Positions 1-12,356 are shown, counted from the first letter of the whole stretch. The stretch: 63,001 nt of DNA, filler included, from Porpidia crustulata (GCA_964255105.1; 6 parts of 6 records of this genome joined end to end with filler, not necessarily neighbours in it), one strand, 5' to 3'. Notes: a model not told the origin generated them from the letters alone. Numbers and translations are program-made.

Positions 1-53
1 TAAAGTGGGGTGTGCACGGGACCGGAACGTGCACGGGCCCGGGAATACTCCTA
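1..53 (-). mobile_element. Terminus (probable TIR) of a multicopy DNA transposon at the contig edge
   Basis: Reverse complement is identical to 31445-31497 (TAGGAGTATTCCCGGGCCCGTGCACGTTCCGGTCCCGTGCACACCCCACTTTA); flanks differ; begins with TA; internal direct repeat CCCGTGCAC x2. Confidence 0.7.
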
Positions 54-1180
54 AGGTTGCACGTGATTGTAGAGTCTTACGAACATTAGACTAAATTTGC
101 AATTGACCGTTAAGCTAGGTAGACACGTAGATACTTATGTATCCTCTCGCTCTCAACCCAATGCTCTTGCGTATCCTGTGCCTATCTGAATGTTGAGTAC
201 CACGTGAGACCAAATTCCTTGTGTATACGAGTATAAGCTCGCTGTCAGCTCGCTGGTCTCAAACAAAGCTTGAGAATATGTGTGTTAGTCTGTGGTAGAC
301 TTCAGAAGCAGTAGATCGTTGTATCTGAAGAGCTAGAAGTCTGGGTAAATAGAGAGGATTACCATTTTGGTAGGTCTAATTAGATGTATCGGAAAGACAT
401 ATGTCCGGAGTCCAGCTCAAATTCCTATACCTACCTTTTTCCGGCCTTTGTCTTCCATACCACCGTGCCACCTCCTTATGTATACTCAATCGATCTATGA
501 CCTCCCGATGGACTGGTTATTCAAGATACAGACATCCGTTTCGAACACGGTTCTGTGGCCATTCTCTGGATATTCTAACGCCTTCAAACGAATATATATA
601 TCCAACTATATCCACGAATTTGTCATCAAATATGCATAAAGAACCGTATTATCGTATGAAACGAGGCTGGTTTTTAATGTCCGGACACAAAATGTTTATT
701 TTAGGCGGGAATTTTTGGTTCCCTGTCCGAAGGTTTAACACCAGCCTGAGTAGTATTCCAATATTTCTTTTCAAAGTAGACATGCAAACACACCGAAGGC
801 GACCAGACCATTCTGTCAATTGTTGATACTGAACAAACAAAATTTTCAACGCCGCTTCGAAGATCCATAGCAAAGATGGAAGGACGATTATCCGCAATGC
901 CGACTGAAGTCTGGGTAAGGTAGGTAATGGCTGTCTGAGAGAAGATGTAGGCTGCCAGAGGTGGCTTGAAGTAGAGGGTCTATACAAATGTTATTGTGGA
1001 TGTAGGACAATGTTCCAGAGTCTTCAATCCACAAGAATCGAGTGACACGTGCTCAAATTATTGTTTGGCGCCCTTATTGTAATTTGCTAGTCGGAATCGC
1101 GGTCGGTTCGTAAGCGTGGAAAGCGAGACAAGTACCCAATTTCTCATTGTATATTGCACAAAGATCTTATTCCCTCCATT

Positions 1181-3337
1181 TTAAGCCTGCCATATTTGTA
1201 CGTCCTCACAGTCCCTCGGTGTACGGCATAATTTCCTGGAATCGGCTGGTGCGGTTTTCCAAATTACCTCCCTAACTTCCTTTCCAACTTTTTCTATGGA
1301 GTCCATTGCCCAGATTACGTCTAGATGCTCATACTCTTCGATTATTTTGGAGTGCACGACTCGAACAAAGGGCTCTCGTCCTTTTTCGAAACGTCGTAGT
1401 AATCTTCTGCCATCCACAAGATCATCGGATCCAGCGACCCACAGGGCAAAGGGAGGCACTTTTTCATCGTACCATGCGTGTCGTCCTCGTGAATGCTGGA
1501 CTCCAGCTTTACCAGGAACGTCCTCGGCTGTGCCGTTCCCACAGTAGTCCTCTTTTTCATCCTCTTCATCCTCTTTCTTCAACTCATTCCGTGTAGCAAG
1601 AATACACTTTTGCGACGCAAAGCACTCGCGACCAAGCCACCAACGCATAGCCTCAGCGCTGACGTAGACCGGGGCAAATTGGAACATTCTATCTCTTAGA
1701 CCTCGATCCCAGCGAGCATCCGACCAGTTGAAAAGGAAAGAGAAAACCCGATATCCCATAGCACCGTAAAGCGTCCCAGGTAAGTATGAATGCATAGTCA
1801 TCATGAATGGAATGAAAGCATGTATGCCAAAGAAAACCCGAAACATATTAGGTGATATGATGCGCATAAATTTCAGATACATCTTTCCAATTAAAGGACC
1901 AGCGTAGACTGCAGGCGCCAGCGCACAAAATACGCTAATCTTATCCCCAAGGTCTGGCCTCTGCTCTTTAGCCAAGGCAACAAACGTCTCTGTGGTTCCC
2001 TGGGAGTGACAGACAAGACCCAGCTTTGCAAAGCCAGTCTCCGAGAGAACTCGGGAGATGAGTGCCGGCAAGTCCATAACACCCATTTGACGAATATTCC
2101 AATTCCACATTCGGGGATCGTCGTATGTAAGCATTTGGTGCTCGGGTTTGAAGCCACACCTATTGTTGCCGAGCCAAACATCGTAGCCACTGCCCGCATT
2201 TATTAGCATATGTTCCACAAAGGTTCAACAAGGTAGTCACCTCTTGCACAGGAAGAAAGCTAGACTTTCATCATCATTTGTACAATAAGCGCCAGCGCTT
2301 TGCAACAGACCGTGCACTAGCAGTACTGGATATCTTCGATTGCCATCTACATATTGAGAGCCAGATGCACCGTTTCTCAACCCATTCGAGACCTGTCTTC
2401 TCGGAAAGACTGTGGGCTTTCCAAAACCGCGATGATCCGCCGAGGCAGGTTTATACTCGAGCGGATTGTAAAGATGCCACAGCGCTATGATGAAGCCATC
2501 CTCTGTTTGAACTTTATACTCCTCAACGGCCAAGCCAACCCTTCTCGCATAGTATCCTACATCACACACCAAAGGATCTTTACCACCTTCTGTGGGCACA
2601 TAGCCATCATTCTGACCGGCTTCCTCCTCATCGCGGTCTCCTACGTTGGACACGCTCTTTCTACGCCTTTTCTGGCGCTTCCATGCTTTCGCCTCATACT
2701 TCCTCGCTGCCGTTTTTCTTTTCTCTTCCTCAAAGAAGGGTCGTCGGGCATCTGGGTTCCGCCAGGTCAAGCGAAGCCCAATGTGTTTGAACATGAGGGG
2801 TATGGAGGTGAAAGCTGATCCTAGGACGATGACACCAAGGAAAGAGAGCGAGAGGAAGAATGAGGTAAAACGGAAGCCCCAGCATTGAAGATTTCGAAGT
2901 ATTGAGGGAGGGCCGTATAATGGCAGTTCAGGGAATAAGGGGTTCGTCGATGATGGAGGAATAGCAGTTCTCAATGGTGCTTCTGCTTTGGTGGATTGAG
3001 GGGACCCTGGACATTGTGTGCTGGATTCATCCTTCGTCTGCTGCGACGTATCAAGCTCGGATGTTTCAGCCTTTTCCAAGCAATTTTCCACAGGCGGTTC
3101 GTTCTGATCGAGCACTGCCTTCAGCTTATTGAGTTTGACCGCTTCCTCAAGTGGGATCGCTGGCAGTCGATTGCCATCGCCGGTCTGTATTACCGGATCT
3201 CGAGGTGTGATGAACCGGGCCTCAACAGCGGACGTTGCTACAGCATTAGGATTTTCTGGATCATGGGGAGTAAGGGATAATTTCTCAGCGTGCTGGGTGT
3301 AGTCGATGGCAGGTGTGGCCTTGGATCTTGTGGCCAT
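1181..3337 (-). CDS. AB-hydrolase lipase / steryl-ester hydrolase (Tgl1/Yeh-like), 2 exons
   Basis: Motifs VQTEDGFII, LLVHGLLQS, GYDVWLGNNR, CHSQG nucleophile elbow, YEHLDVIWA; GT-AG intron 2190-2240 joins the ORFs in frame (CKS/GYD). Confidence 0.9.
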
Positions 3338-5342
3338 TGGGGGTGCAGAATCACTGATATTTCCTAATGGATAGTAATATAGGTACAGACAAAGTGGCAG
3401 CTATTTACATTTTCATGTTGACTAATTGTGCGGTCAGCCAAGTAAGCACAGTGCTAAGGCAATGGATATCAGCAAAGAAATGTACTGATGTCGATCAAGC
3501 GTCTGAAAATCCTAATTATTCTATCTATTCTTGTTGATCAATCACAACGCGGCGCGCTAGCTTCAAGCAATGGCATGTGATAATCACGTGCCCTAATCTC
3601 GCTCTCAAAAGTTCCCAGATCGGTCTCATAGTCTCCCTCTCTTGATCCCAGGGACCGACCCTGTGCTTGGAGGGTCATAACTGATGGAACAACAGATATG
3701 GATAGCGCTTGAATTTGAGGTTGCTATCAGGAGGATTGACGACTCCCATAATCCCAATAACAACGGTTCAAAAGCTCGGCGGTATGACCATGAGAGTGTT
3801 GGGGGCCTCTATCAAAGGTCCCTGGGGCTACTCAGGGCCATATAATATGCGACTCCATGAATTATCAGACCCTAGATTACATTTCTTCAATACATATCAT
3901 TATTTACTTAGGTTCTCAATGTCCGGAAGGACGTGAAAGTCATCGCAGTACTTACGCAAAACTCTTTTATCAAAGTGCTGCAACAACTTTTGCGATTCTC
4001 TAATAGTGGATGCTGAGCAGTTAAGACGATGAGTATGAATATGAACAAGCAGGACGTGTAATGAGGGGGTTGGACGAAGAGCAGATATCGTGCTGAATAA
4101 GAAGGGTGAGAAGAATTAGGAGAAAAGTGCGAAGAAGAGCGAATAGACAGGAAATTCTCTTTCATCTACAAATTGTCGCGTACAAGTTTTCGTATAACAC
4201 ACAGCTGTGGTTGTCTCTACTCTCTCGACGCTTTCGGTGTAAAGAGTATGTCATATCATAGCAGAGGCTCTCAGGGCCATCACGGGTCCCCGAAAGTCTT
4301 CGGGGTCCTAGCGACGCTTTGAGATCTGTTCTTAATCTTCTTGAAGATTTGAGGGAACACTGATACACATGAGCAATCTTTTCACGTCTATGATGAAAGG
4401 CTACCGATATCTTAGGTATTTAGCGTATGAAAGCAATGTGAACGTTTGTTCCCAGTTTGTTCCTGCTAGAGTATTCAATTACAATTTTCAGGTTCCAATC
4501 AAGAACGTGGTGGAGCAAGCATTCCTGGCTGCTTGGTCTATGGTGTCAAATTAGATACTAGGCTCGGCATGAAATCTCTTGATGGATTGCTTCGATCGTT
4601 GACTCCACAATGTTGAGCGAACAGATCAGACATATGACACGAAACGTGCTCAGTGATTCATTCAAAATATCAACAAAATGCGCGAACGATGTATTCTCCC
4701 TAGAGCAAATTAAAGTCCTACTAGAATAGGGTTCTACGACAAGTAATAGCGGATTCTTCGAAATGGAGGTAGAGTAAGCTATAAGGTAAGTAGTTTATAA
4801 AGATCTTCACAGACGTGTAGACGCTGTGGACGCACATCTACGTTATTATAGCGCGGTCTCTGTATAAGAAAGATATTTACATCACAGAAAATATCAGAAA
4901 GCCATTAAACTGGTTGAAAAGGAGTGTCTCCTTTGACTGATACAATCACTTTGAATACCCCATGGCGCATGACGGCAGCTTCTAGCATATGATAGTCACG
5001 TGATTGCTGTAATATCATCAGATGTTCTTATAGAGTCAGTCTTCATATATTAGAAGATGGCGAGCTGTCTTTCTCAAAACTTTCTCATTCTGACAGTCTT
5101 CTGGAAATGCTTTTACATGTAATGATTATGGAGTAATTCTTTCACCACTTTCAGTCTTCGGCTGTCCTAGATTCAAGCTTGCCATCCACGCTTCTGATTG
5201 TTATTGCTCATATCATCGAGCTCTGAATTTATAGGGAGGCTTTCGGATTTTCATAAAAATAGACTTCAATTTTGTCATAGCTTCGTAAATCATCAAAGAA
5301 CTCGCAGTCTGAACCTAACATAATTCCCCCGACGTCCCGACT

Positions 5343-6644
5343 CTACGGGGCGTTGTTACTGACGTTAGAGAGGAACACAACAAGCACGGCGGCGTACGCC
5401 GCACTCGCGCCAAGAATCTCATGCCGCTTCGCCCTCGTGAACAACGATAGGATTGCGGAAAACGCAAGAGTGAAGACAAGGAGAATCCCAACGTGGATTG
5501 CCACGGAGGTATTGTTATGGACGCTATTACTGAGTCTGTACAGAATATAGATCGGAATCACGAGCTGCGCAAGGATCATGGTCGTGATGATGAGGGCGAC
5601 GAAGCAGTCAATCCGCGCCCTCGTGTAGTAAACCTCAATCCCATGCGATTTGTTGCGGGTTTCGTTTGAGCAGAATATGTACTGGAGCGAGATAAGTGAT
5701 CCACATCAAGAAAGGAATGACATTTATCTCCCTTACCTCGATAGCCTTGCAATTGATCGCTTTCAATAGTTTCTCCACCCAGGTATCGAGCCAGGCGTGT
5801 TCGCGACCAGCTCGCAGTGTGACCATGTCTTCTTTACGGTATATGTATGAACCTTCGTCTTCAACAAGTGGCTTGTTGTTGTGAATGTAGGTCTCGACGC
5901 TTCGATAGTCGCCATTAGCGGGCTTGTTGAAGGACATCAACTGCTGTGCAGCACAGAGAACCTTGGCTGCCATTGGTTATTATTAGTGTTATTCTATGAG
6001 CCCAGAGTGCCTTCCTGATTACCGTATTCAAGATAACTCAATTCGATCTTTTTCAGCAGTTCCTTTTGAGGCTTGGCCTCTTCTTCAGTAAGATCCCTTG
6101 TCTGCAAGCTTTCAGGATCTTTATGTCTAGCTCTCTGATCCATCCTATCCAGCCTTTCTTCTAGAATCCTCATTTCATCTTGCCTCTCAAGTAGTATACG
6201 AGCTTGTACAAAGCCGAAGCGGCGATAGATCATGAAATTTTCATCGCTGTCGAGGAAGGCCGCAAGATTTGGGTAACCCCTTGGACAGTCTTCTACTGCT
6301 TGCTGTTAGAAAAAGTCCAATGGTAGAGCATTTAAAGCATGCACTCACGGGCCCTTACAAAAGGCCTCCGAGTAGTGAGCGTTGTAGAACGTCGAAAGAA
6401 ATATGCCGTCCCAAGCCATGCCTTCCGAAAGGCTTTTTGAAGCTTCTTATAAGAACCTATCGGCATTTCAGCGATTACAGCATTGTCAACCACACAAACC
6501 AGTATGAGATGCAATACTCCACTTAGCGCGTAGTAAGCTTTGTTTCGTGCTAAAGGAATGACTTGTTTCTGTATGAGACTTCTCGCTTGTGGAGATTCCT
6601 GCTTCGCACTGGTTCATATCAAGGGTGGTACTGGCAACCATCAT
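5343..6644 (-). CDS. DUF6594-family membrane protein, multi-exon; start approximate
   Basis: Spliced reading gives LEDCPRGYPNLAAFLDSDENFMIYRRFGFVQARILLERQDE and C-terminal hydrophobic helices ending AKRHEILGASAAYAAVLVVF; GT-AG introns near 5685-5736, 5970-6023, 6295-6347 and 6459-6501 keep frame. Confidence 0.8.
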
Positions 6645-6863
6645 TTCCACCTTATGTTCTCCTTCAGCAGTCAAAATTGTGACAGATCAGAATTCAATGT
6701 GATAGCGGTACTGGAAAGTCTGAGACCATAATCATGACTTGAGCTGCTCTATTTCAGTACTTCTCCTGTCCAGCCTTGCGTCTTAATTGAAATAAGGCAA
6801 ATCAACCCCACTCGTGCTGTTCACCTTCTATTCGTGCCACTGTTTGCCTCCTATTCGTGTCAC

Positions 6864-7236
6864 CTAGTCACCCTTCGTTTTCTGCAAAGCGGTCTCCGAC
6901 ACCCAAGCGCCATTGTCGTAGGAGTTGCCATTGCTATCATGCAATTTGTACTCCCATCTCCCTTCTGTGCTCTTCTGGCTGTCGACGATGGTCATTTTGA
7001 AATGGCCAGGTTCTGTTGCGATCTTCAACCAGGCTGTACCGTTTTTTTGGAATTTTGCCGTGTACTGCAAACAGTCGATGAGAACTGAGTTCCACGTCTC
7101 ACAGGAGTACTAGCTTACACTTTGCGGGCGTCTAGCCTCGGGAACATACGCCCTGCCGTCAGACGGTTCTCCCGACTATAAAAACTTAGCTTAAAAGGAA
7201 CCGTGAACACAAATAGGCTTGCTTTGCCTCAGCCAT
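6864..7236 (-). CDS. Small (~88 aa) hypothetical beta-rich protein, SH3/Tudor-barrel-like pattern, 3 exons
   Basis: ATG in AAAATGG context; GC-AG intron 7176-7227 and GT-AG intron 7065-7118 give MAE-SGEPSDGRAYVPEARRPQS-YTAKF...WEYKLHDSNGNSYDNGAWVSETAL in frame. Confidence 0.6.
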
Positions 7237-8096
7237 TTTATCAGAGGGCATAATACCATTTGATCGCCAGATATCGAAGTTCCTAAGGCAGGAAAAGCCC
7301 GTAGTCTTTGTTAGACAGCCCTACAGCTTGTCTAAAAATGTGATTCAATTTTTTTGCGAACAATTTTCAAGCAGCACGCACAGAGTGACTTCCGGCACTG
7401 CAAGGCATTCTTCAAGGCTGCGTGGCCTTCATCAGGTCTTATGCAAAGCCACGGCTATGGGAGATCAGGCCCCGCTCAGCCTTTCCTCGCTGGAAGACTT
7501 TATGAGGCTCAATAAAAGCTTGGTGATCCCAGCCTGAGGTTTGAGCCTGAAATTCTGCGGTTTCTTATCTTTCAGCTTTAAGCGGTACCAATGATAGTTC
7601 TGTGTAACTACATTCAGTCCTGAACCGGCGGGGTACTGCCTCTTCCGGCGCATTTCGGCCTGTACTATGATGACTCGATCAGTTGATCCCAAACTCCGCG
7701 ATAAGAAAGTTCTGTAGTATGTAGAAGGCTTACAAGAAATTGATGCAAAAATCTGGCCAATCGATCAAGACCTCCTCGGAAGCCTTACATTGAGGACGTA
7801 GGTCTTGCGGATGAATCGTGTGCTAAGGCGTTACATCCCAACCATACATACATCCATCTAGAGGCAACATGACAGAATCCCATGGCTGCGTACGAAATGG
7901 TTCTTGGTACATCGATTACTGTATAGAGCATGGCCGTCCACGGAGAAGCAGAAATTATATCCAATAGATTTGATCCTTCTAAAAATGGCCCAAATCCGCT
8001 CCCATACGATACGGAGAAGCATTTGGAGGTGGTACCGAATACTCAATTGTTCGTTGCCGTGGTTCGAGAGGCCTCTTCTCCACAAATATTCGCTGG

Positions 8097-9361
8097 TCAA
8101 TCCACTTCACTGCGCAGACTTGAGGAGCCCTGGGATGGTAGTGCTTCGGTCCTGATGTCGGGGATCGCGATAGAAGATAAATCCCCTCTCCGTAGGGTAA
8201 GAAATCTCCATTTGCTCGCGGCAGCTCGAACTAATCGTGTGTGCCTGGTATCCAGTAACGCTACCCGACGAGCCTGCAAGGCATCTTTTCTGATCAAATG
8301 ACTAAATAATTCCGACATCGATCCCACTTCGTCCTCGCTGGGAGTTCTATCCATGAACACCCTCAAGTCAAGGTAGTCATCAACTACCTCTTGTAGTTCT
8401 TCAGAGCCTCTGCTACCGTGAGCGTCAGCTACTGTAGGGCCATTTGTGATTGGCGCAATCACAATATGCTTCAAAGAAGCGCTACCGTCGCGTTCACACA
8501 GAATAGGTACCTGTTCTTTTGGGAATTTTGGGTACTCAATTATTTTCCGTCGCAGCTCGGTAGTAGTAAATCCGCTGGGCTCGACATATAGTCCTTCCAA
8601 TGCCCAGATGAGCGCCGATGTAAATGAGCTGTCTCCTGGGATTGGAGTCGTCGAATTGGCGCTGGTTGCACCCAAGTATTCCGAGCATCGATTAGGCCAA
8701 CGCTTCGGATGATAGCTACGTCCCAGATTTCCCGCATGGCAGCAATCAAAAATAACCAGGACATCAGCTTCAGTATCACTGATGATACCCTCCGCATTAT
8801 GCCAGACAATTTCGGCCTTGTTTGGGCCTTCAACCAGCTTCCCAGGAATTCGCCGTCTGTTAATTCAAATCAGATAGCGATCTTTGAATCAGTGTGGGCT
8901 CTGGATACGCCTTACCCTGCAAGATTTAGGGTGCCAGCTTTCTCTCCGGCAAACCCATGCCCCGCGTAGTAGACAATTAATAGGGTGCGCGGCCCATCCT
9001 CGTGGTACACAAATTCTGCAAGATATTTATGGGCCTGAACTTGAGGCTTCTTCTGAGCGTTGATTTGCGTGCTATATACTTTGAAGTTGTATTTGTCTTG
9101 GAAGACTCGATGAAGTCGTTCTACCTGGAGAATTATCAATTGACGAAACGAACAACGAACAATATAGCATTGGGCTACCTCCTCGCCTGTTTTCAGGTCA
9201 TCCAATTCAGGATCCCACGATATCAAAATCACCGCAGTTCTTTCGTGAGGGGACGTCTTGTCTACATGGACCATGTTCTCGTCCCATATCATCTGTAGGC
9301 GGGCCTGCTTAGACTGTTCAATATCTTGATAGTCGTTTCTGGCCGGCATGGTGTCCGACAT
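8097..9361 (-). CDS. Caspase-like (clan CD, C14-like) cysteine protease, ~383 aa, 3 exons
   Basis: Introns 9125-9178 and 8857-8915; catalytic His in LLIVYYAGHG, catalytic Cys in DVLVIFDCCHAG, downstream SFTSALIWAL helix. Confidence 0.85.
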
Positions 9362-9987
9362 CTTGATACTATCAAGAGTCGATGTCGTACGTATGTCTGA
9401 TATTACAGCAGTCTATAGAGACAAATTATAGGATAGAAGGTCGAGAGCAGTAGACGGGGCTCTTACGAAGGGCCAGCTGTCACTCGGTTTTCAGAGTAGA
9501 ATATATAGATTGAGTGACGCCGAAACAGGCCAACCGTCCTGATTAATCAAAGACCACAAGGCACACTTAGAAATTCGCTGCAGTCCTTTTCAATAAACAA
9601 CATAGCCTCTCTCTTACGAAATTTAGCGTTCCTTAGATACTTGATGGCGGGCCTGAGTAACGAACACTATGGGTAAACGCCAAGCTACACTTTGATGCCT
9701 CTTAACCTCGAAACTTTAATTACCAGCCGGTGCACGATATGAAAGGGGCGCAGTAGGTACGCGCGAAGCGTATCTCATTGGCATGTTGCCGCCTGTTGTC
9801 AGGCAAGTTCGACCAAGTGTCGAAGACCAAAATGGTAAATAGACATCGAGACATTGACTAGAAGCGCGCTTCTCACAAACGTCAGTAGGTAGAGACCTAG
9901 GAGTAAAGAGAGCGACCTAATCAGGCCAAATTGAGGCCATTTAGAGCATTCCTGAAGTCCCCCATTGAGGCCTAGCTGTGACTTTTT

Positions 9988-10441
9988 GGAGTCACAGACT
10001 TCCTCGGTCAAAAGGCTTAGCAGTAATGTCAGCCGAATGGCTTAGCACAGTGATACTTGGAGTTACTGACTCTCCCAGCCAAAAGACTTCGCAATGGGCC
10101 CAGCCAGATGGCTTAGCACATTGATATTTGGAGTTACTGACACCCTCAGCCAAAAGGCTCAGCAGTGATGTCAGCCGAATGGCATAGCACAGTGGTATTT
10201 GGAGTTACTGACTTCCCCAGCCAAAAGACTTACCAGTGGGCTCAGCCAGATGGCTTAGCACAGTATTGTTTGGAGTTACTGACTCCCCCAGCCAACAGGC
10301 TTAGCAGTGGTGTCAGCCGAATGGCTCAGCACAGTGGTATTTGGAGTTACTGACTCCCCCAGCCAACAGGCTTAGCAGTGGTATCAGCCGAATGGCTAAG
10401 CACAGTTGTATTTGGAGTTACTGACAACCCCAGAAAACAGG
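9988..10441. repeat. 71-bp tandem repeat array, >6 units, truncated by contig end
   Basis: GGAGTTACTGA recurs at 10059, 10130, 10201, 10272, 10343, 10414; degenerate copy at 9988. Confidence 0.95.
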
Positions 10442-10541
10442 NNNNNNNNNNNNNNNNNNNNNNNNNNNNNNNNNNNNNNNNNNNNTTAATTAATTAANNN
10501 NNNNNNNNNNNNNNNNNNNNNNNNNNNNNNNNNNNNNNNNN
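10442..10541. other. Artificial contig spacer
   Basis: N44-TTAATTAATTAA-N44; same at five junctions. Confidence 0.99.
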
Positions 10542-10816
10542 ACGCACTGCAGGCGGCGTCATATGGAGGTCATGATCAAGTGGTGCAGATGCTGCTGGAG
10601 AAGGGCGCCGAGATCAACGCTCAAGGTGGTCGATATGGCAACGCACTGCAGGCGGCGTCATTTGGAGGTCACGAGACAGTAGTGCAGATGCTGCTGGAGA
10701 AGGGCGCCGAGGTTAACGCTCAAGGTGGCGACTATGGCAACGCACTGCAGGCGGCGTCAGAAGGAGGTCACGAAACAGTAGTGCAGATGCTGCTGGAGAC
10801 AGGAGCCATTCGCTGA
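10542..10816 (+). CDS. 3' end of an ankyrin-repeat protein, probably a fungal NLR (NACHT-ANK type); 5' part not in contig
   Basis: Near-identical 99-bp repeats starting 10542, 10641, 10740 encoding GNALQAASxGGHETVVQMLLEKGAEVNAQGG; stop ends 10816. Confidence 0.8.
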
Positions 10817-12356
10817 GGCACAGAAACTCGTTACCAAGGAAAAGCCTCTATAACATACTAACATTATGAAATTAAGGAAAGTAAAAGGCTGCGAGAGAGA
10901 TAACCTAGCGGGCATAGAATGCAAGGCTTTACCTATTGTACAAATCCTTACGAGCTCTGGTTCAGTCACACAAGTAAGGTGTTTGTACTTCCGTTATTAA
11001 AACCAGGTCTTAAATTGCACACAGGACCATATCTGGTCATGTATTGAAGCATTTCTGAAGGGCATGCGTACGGAGATCGCAATCGGCGACGCGTAAAATC
11101 AAGCATGTCCGCTATAATTTTGCAATACGATGACCTTCAAGCTTAGAGAAATGCCCTAAGATTATAAGATTATACTTCGCTAGTCGATCGATACTATACA
11201 TGGAGAACGCGAAGGCTTGAAAATCGAAGTTTCTGGACCAGGTTTCATTACGCAGGGTATTTCACTACGCCCGGGTGGGTTTGAGCTAGAAAGCAGTTTG
11301 GCCATCATTGCGGCTAATAAGTGTGGCTGCTTATTGGCTGAGTGCTTCGGAGTCGGATCATCCTGTTCCGAGCGTACGTACAGCCGCAGGTCTGATAGCC
11401 ACAAGCTTGGCTTACTGATAACAATCGTAAGATATATCGTGATTATTACGTAGAACGTGCAGGATTGCTTCGTACTAGCCAGAATCGGTAAATTGGAGGT
11501 ATCAACCATGGTGACGACCTTGTATAAATTTGCGCGCGACAGCAGGCACAAAGCTGATGATGACTTTCTGTCATCGTGATATGGCTCTAAGGCTCGGATG
11601 AGACCCTTACACATGTACAGTAAGTGGTAAAGACTTCATGATAATGCTGTAGCGAAATGGAGGTTGTTTCGCCATGAACGAAGGCCCTGAGTGGATCAGG
11701 CGAGAAGGCGACAATGCGCATGTAATTTGCAGATTGAAAAGGGTCTATGTCTCAAAGTAGCTCTAGCACATTATGTATACCTAATGATGGTGAAGTTCGA
11801 CGTGTGCGAAGAGTTACAGTCGCTTGAAGTCAAAGTATCCATTATATTTTCCGGCACGGTGGGTTTTCCGCCACCCATGGAGGGACGTTACGTTAGATTA
11901 TATCAAGCAAGCGGAGGCACAGTCTTACTGAAAAAGCATTTCTATACTATCGAACTTTGTTGTGGTAATGACAGATAGTCTTAAAGAAAAGTTTAACACA
12001 GGACGCGAAATACTAAACGAGAGGCAGCATTCGCTAAAAATTTCCGCTCGGAAGAGACTGACAAGAGCTACGAGACGTTACTGTCAAGCACAAATGATAG
12101 TGTAATATGAACGAATGCTTGTAGAGTGCTCCCAACGAGTGTAAAAGCCGACTGGCTCTCCATGTTATTCTCCTTGATTTTGATTGCTGTGGAATAGATG
12201 TTGCTGAGGTTGATGTTAATATTGGTATCGATTCTGGAGCTGCTGATACTGTCGGATATTGATGCTAATCCTGGTGCTAGTGATTTCTCTCCTTAATTAT
12301 TTTCGGATCGACTGAGGACTAGGTATTTCAAATTCCCTTCTGCTCTATGTTATTCT

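Noticed and set aside
367..987. Short ORFs beside the transposon terminus as a possible transposase
   Set aside because: They lie on the flank side of the terminus and show no DDE or HTH motifs
9988..10441. CRISPR-like appearance of the 71-bp array
   Set aside because: No unique spacers (whole units repeat), no cas genes, eukaryotic context
10442..10541. Recurrent TTAATTAATTAA palindrome in N runs, and apparent gene adjacency across them
   Set aside because: Artificial stop-in-all-frames linker between length-sorted contigs; neighbours across spacers are unlinked
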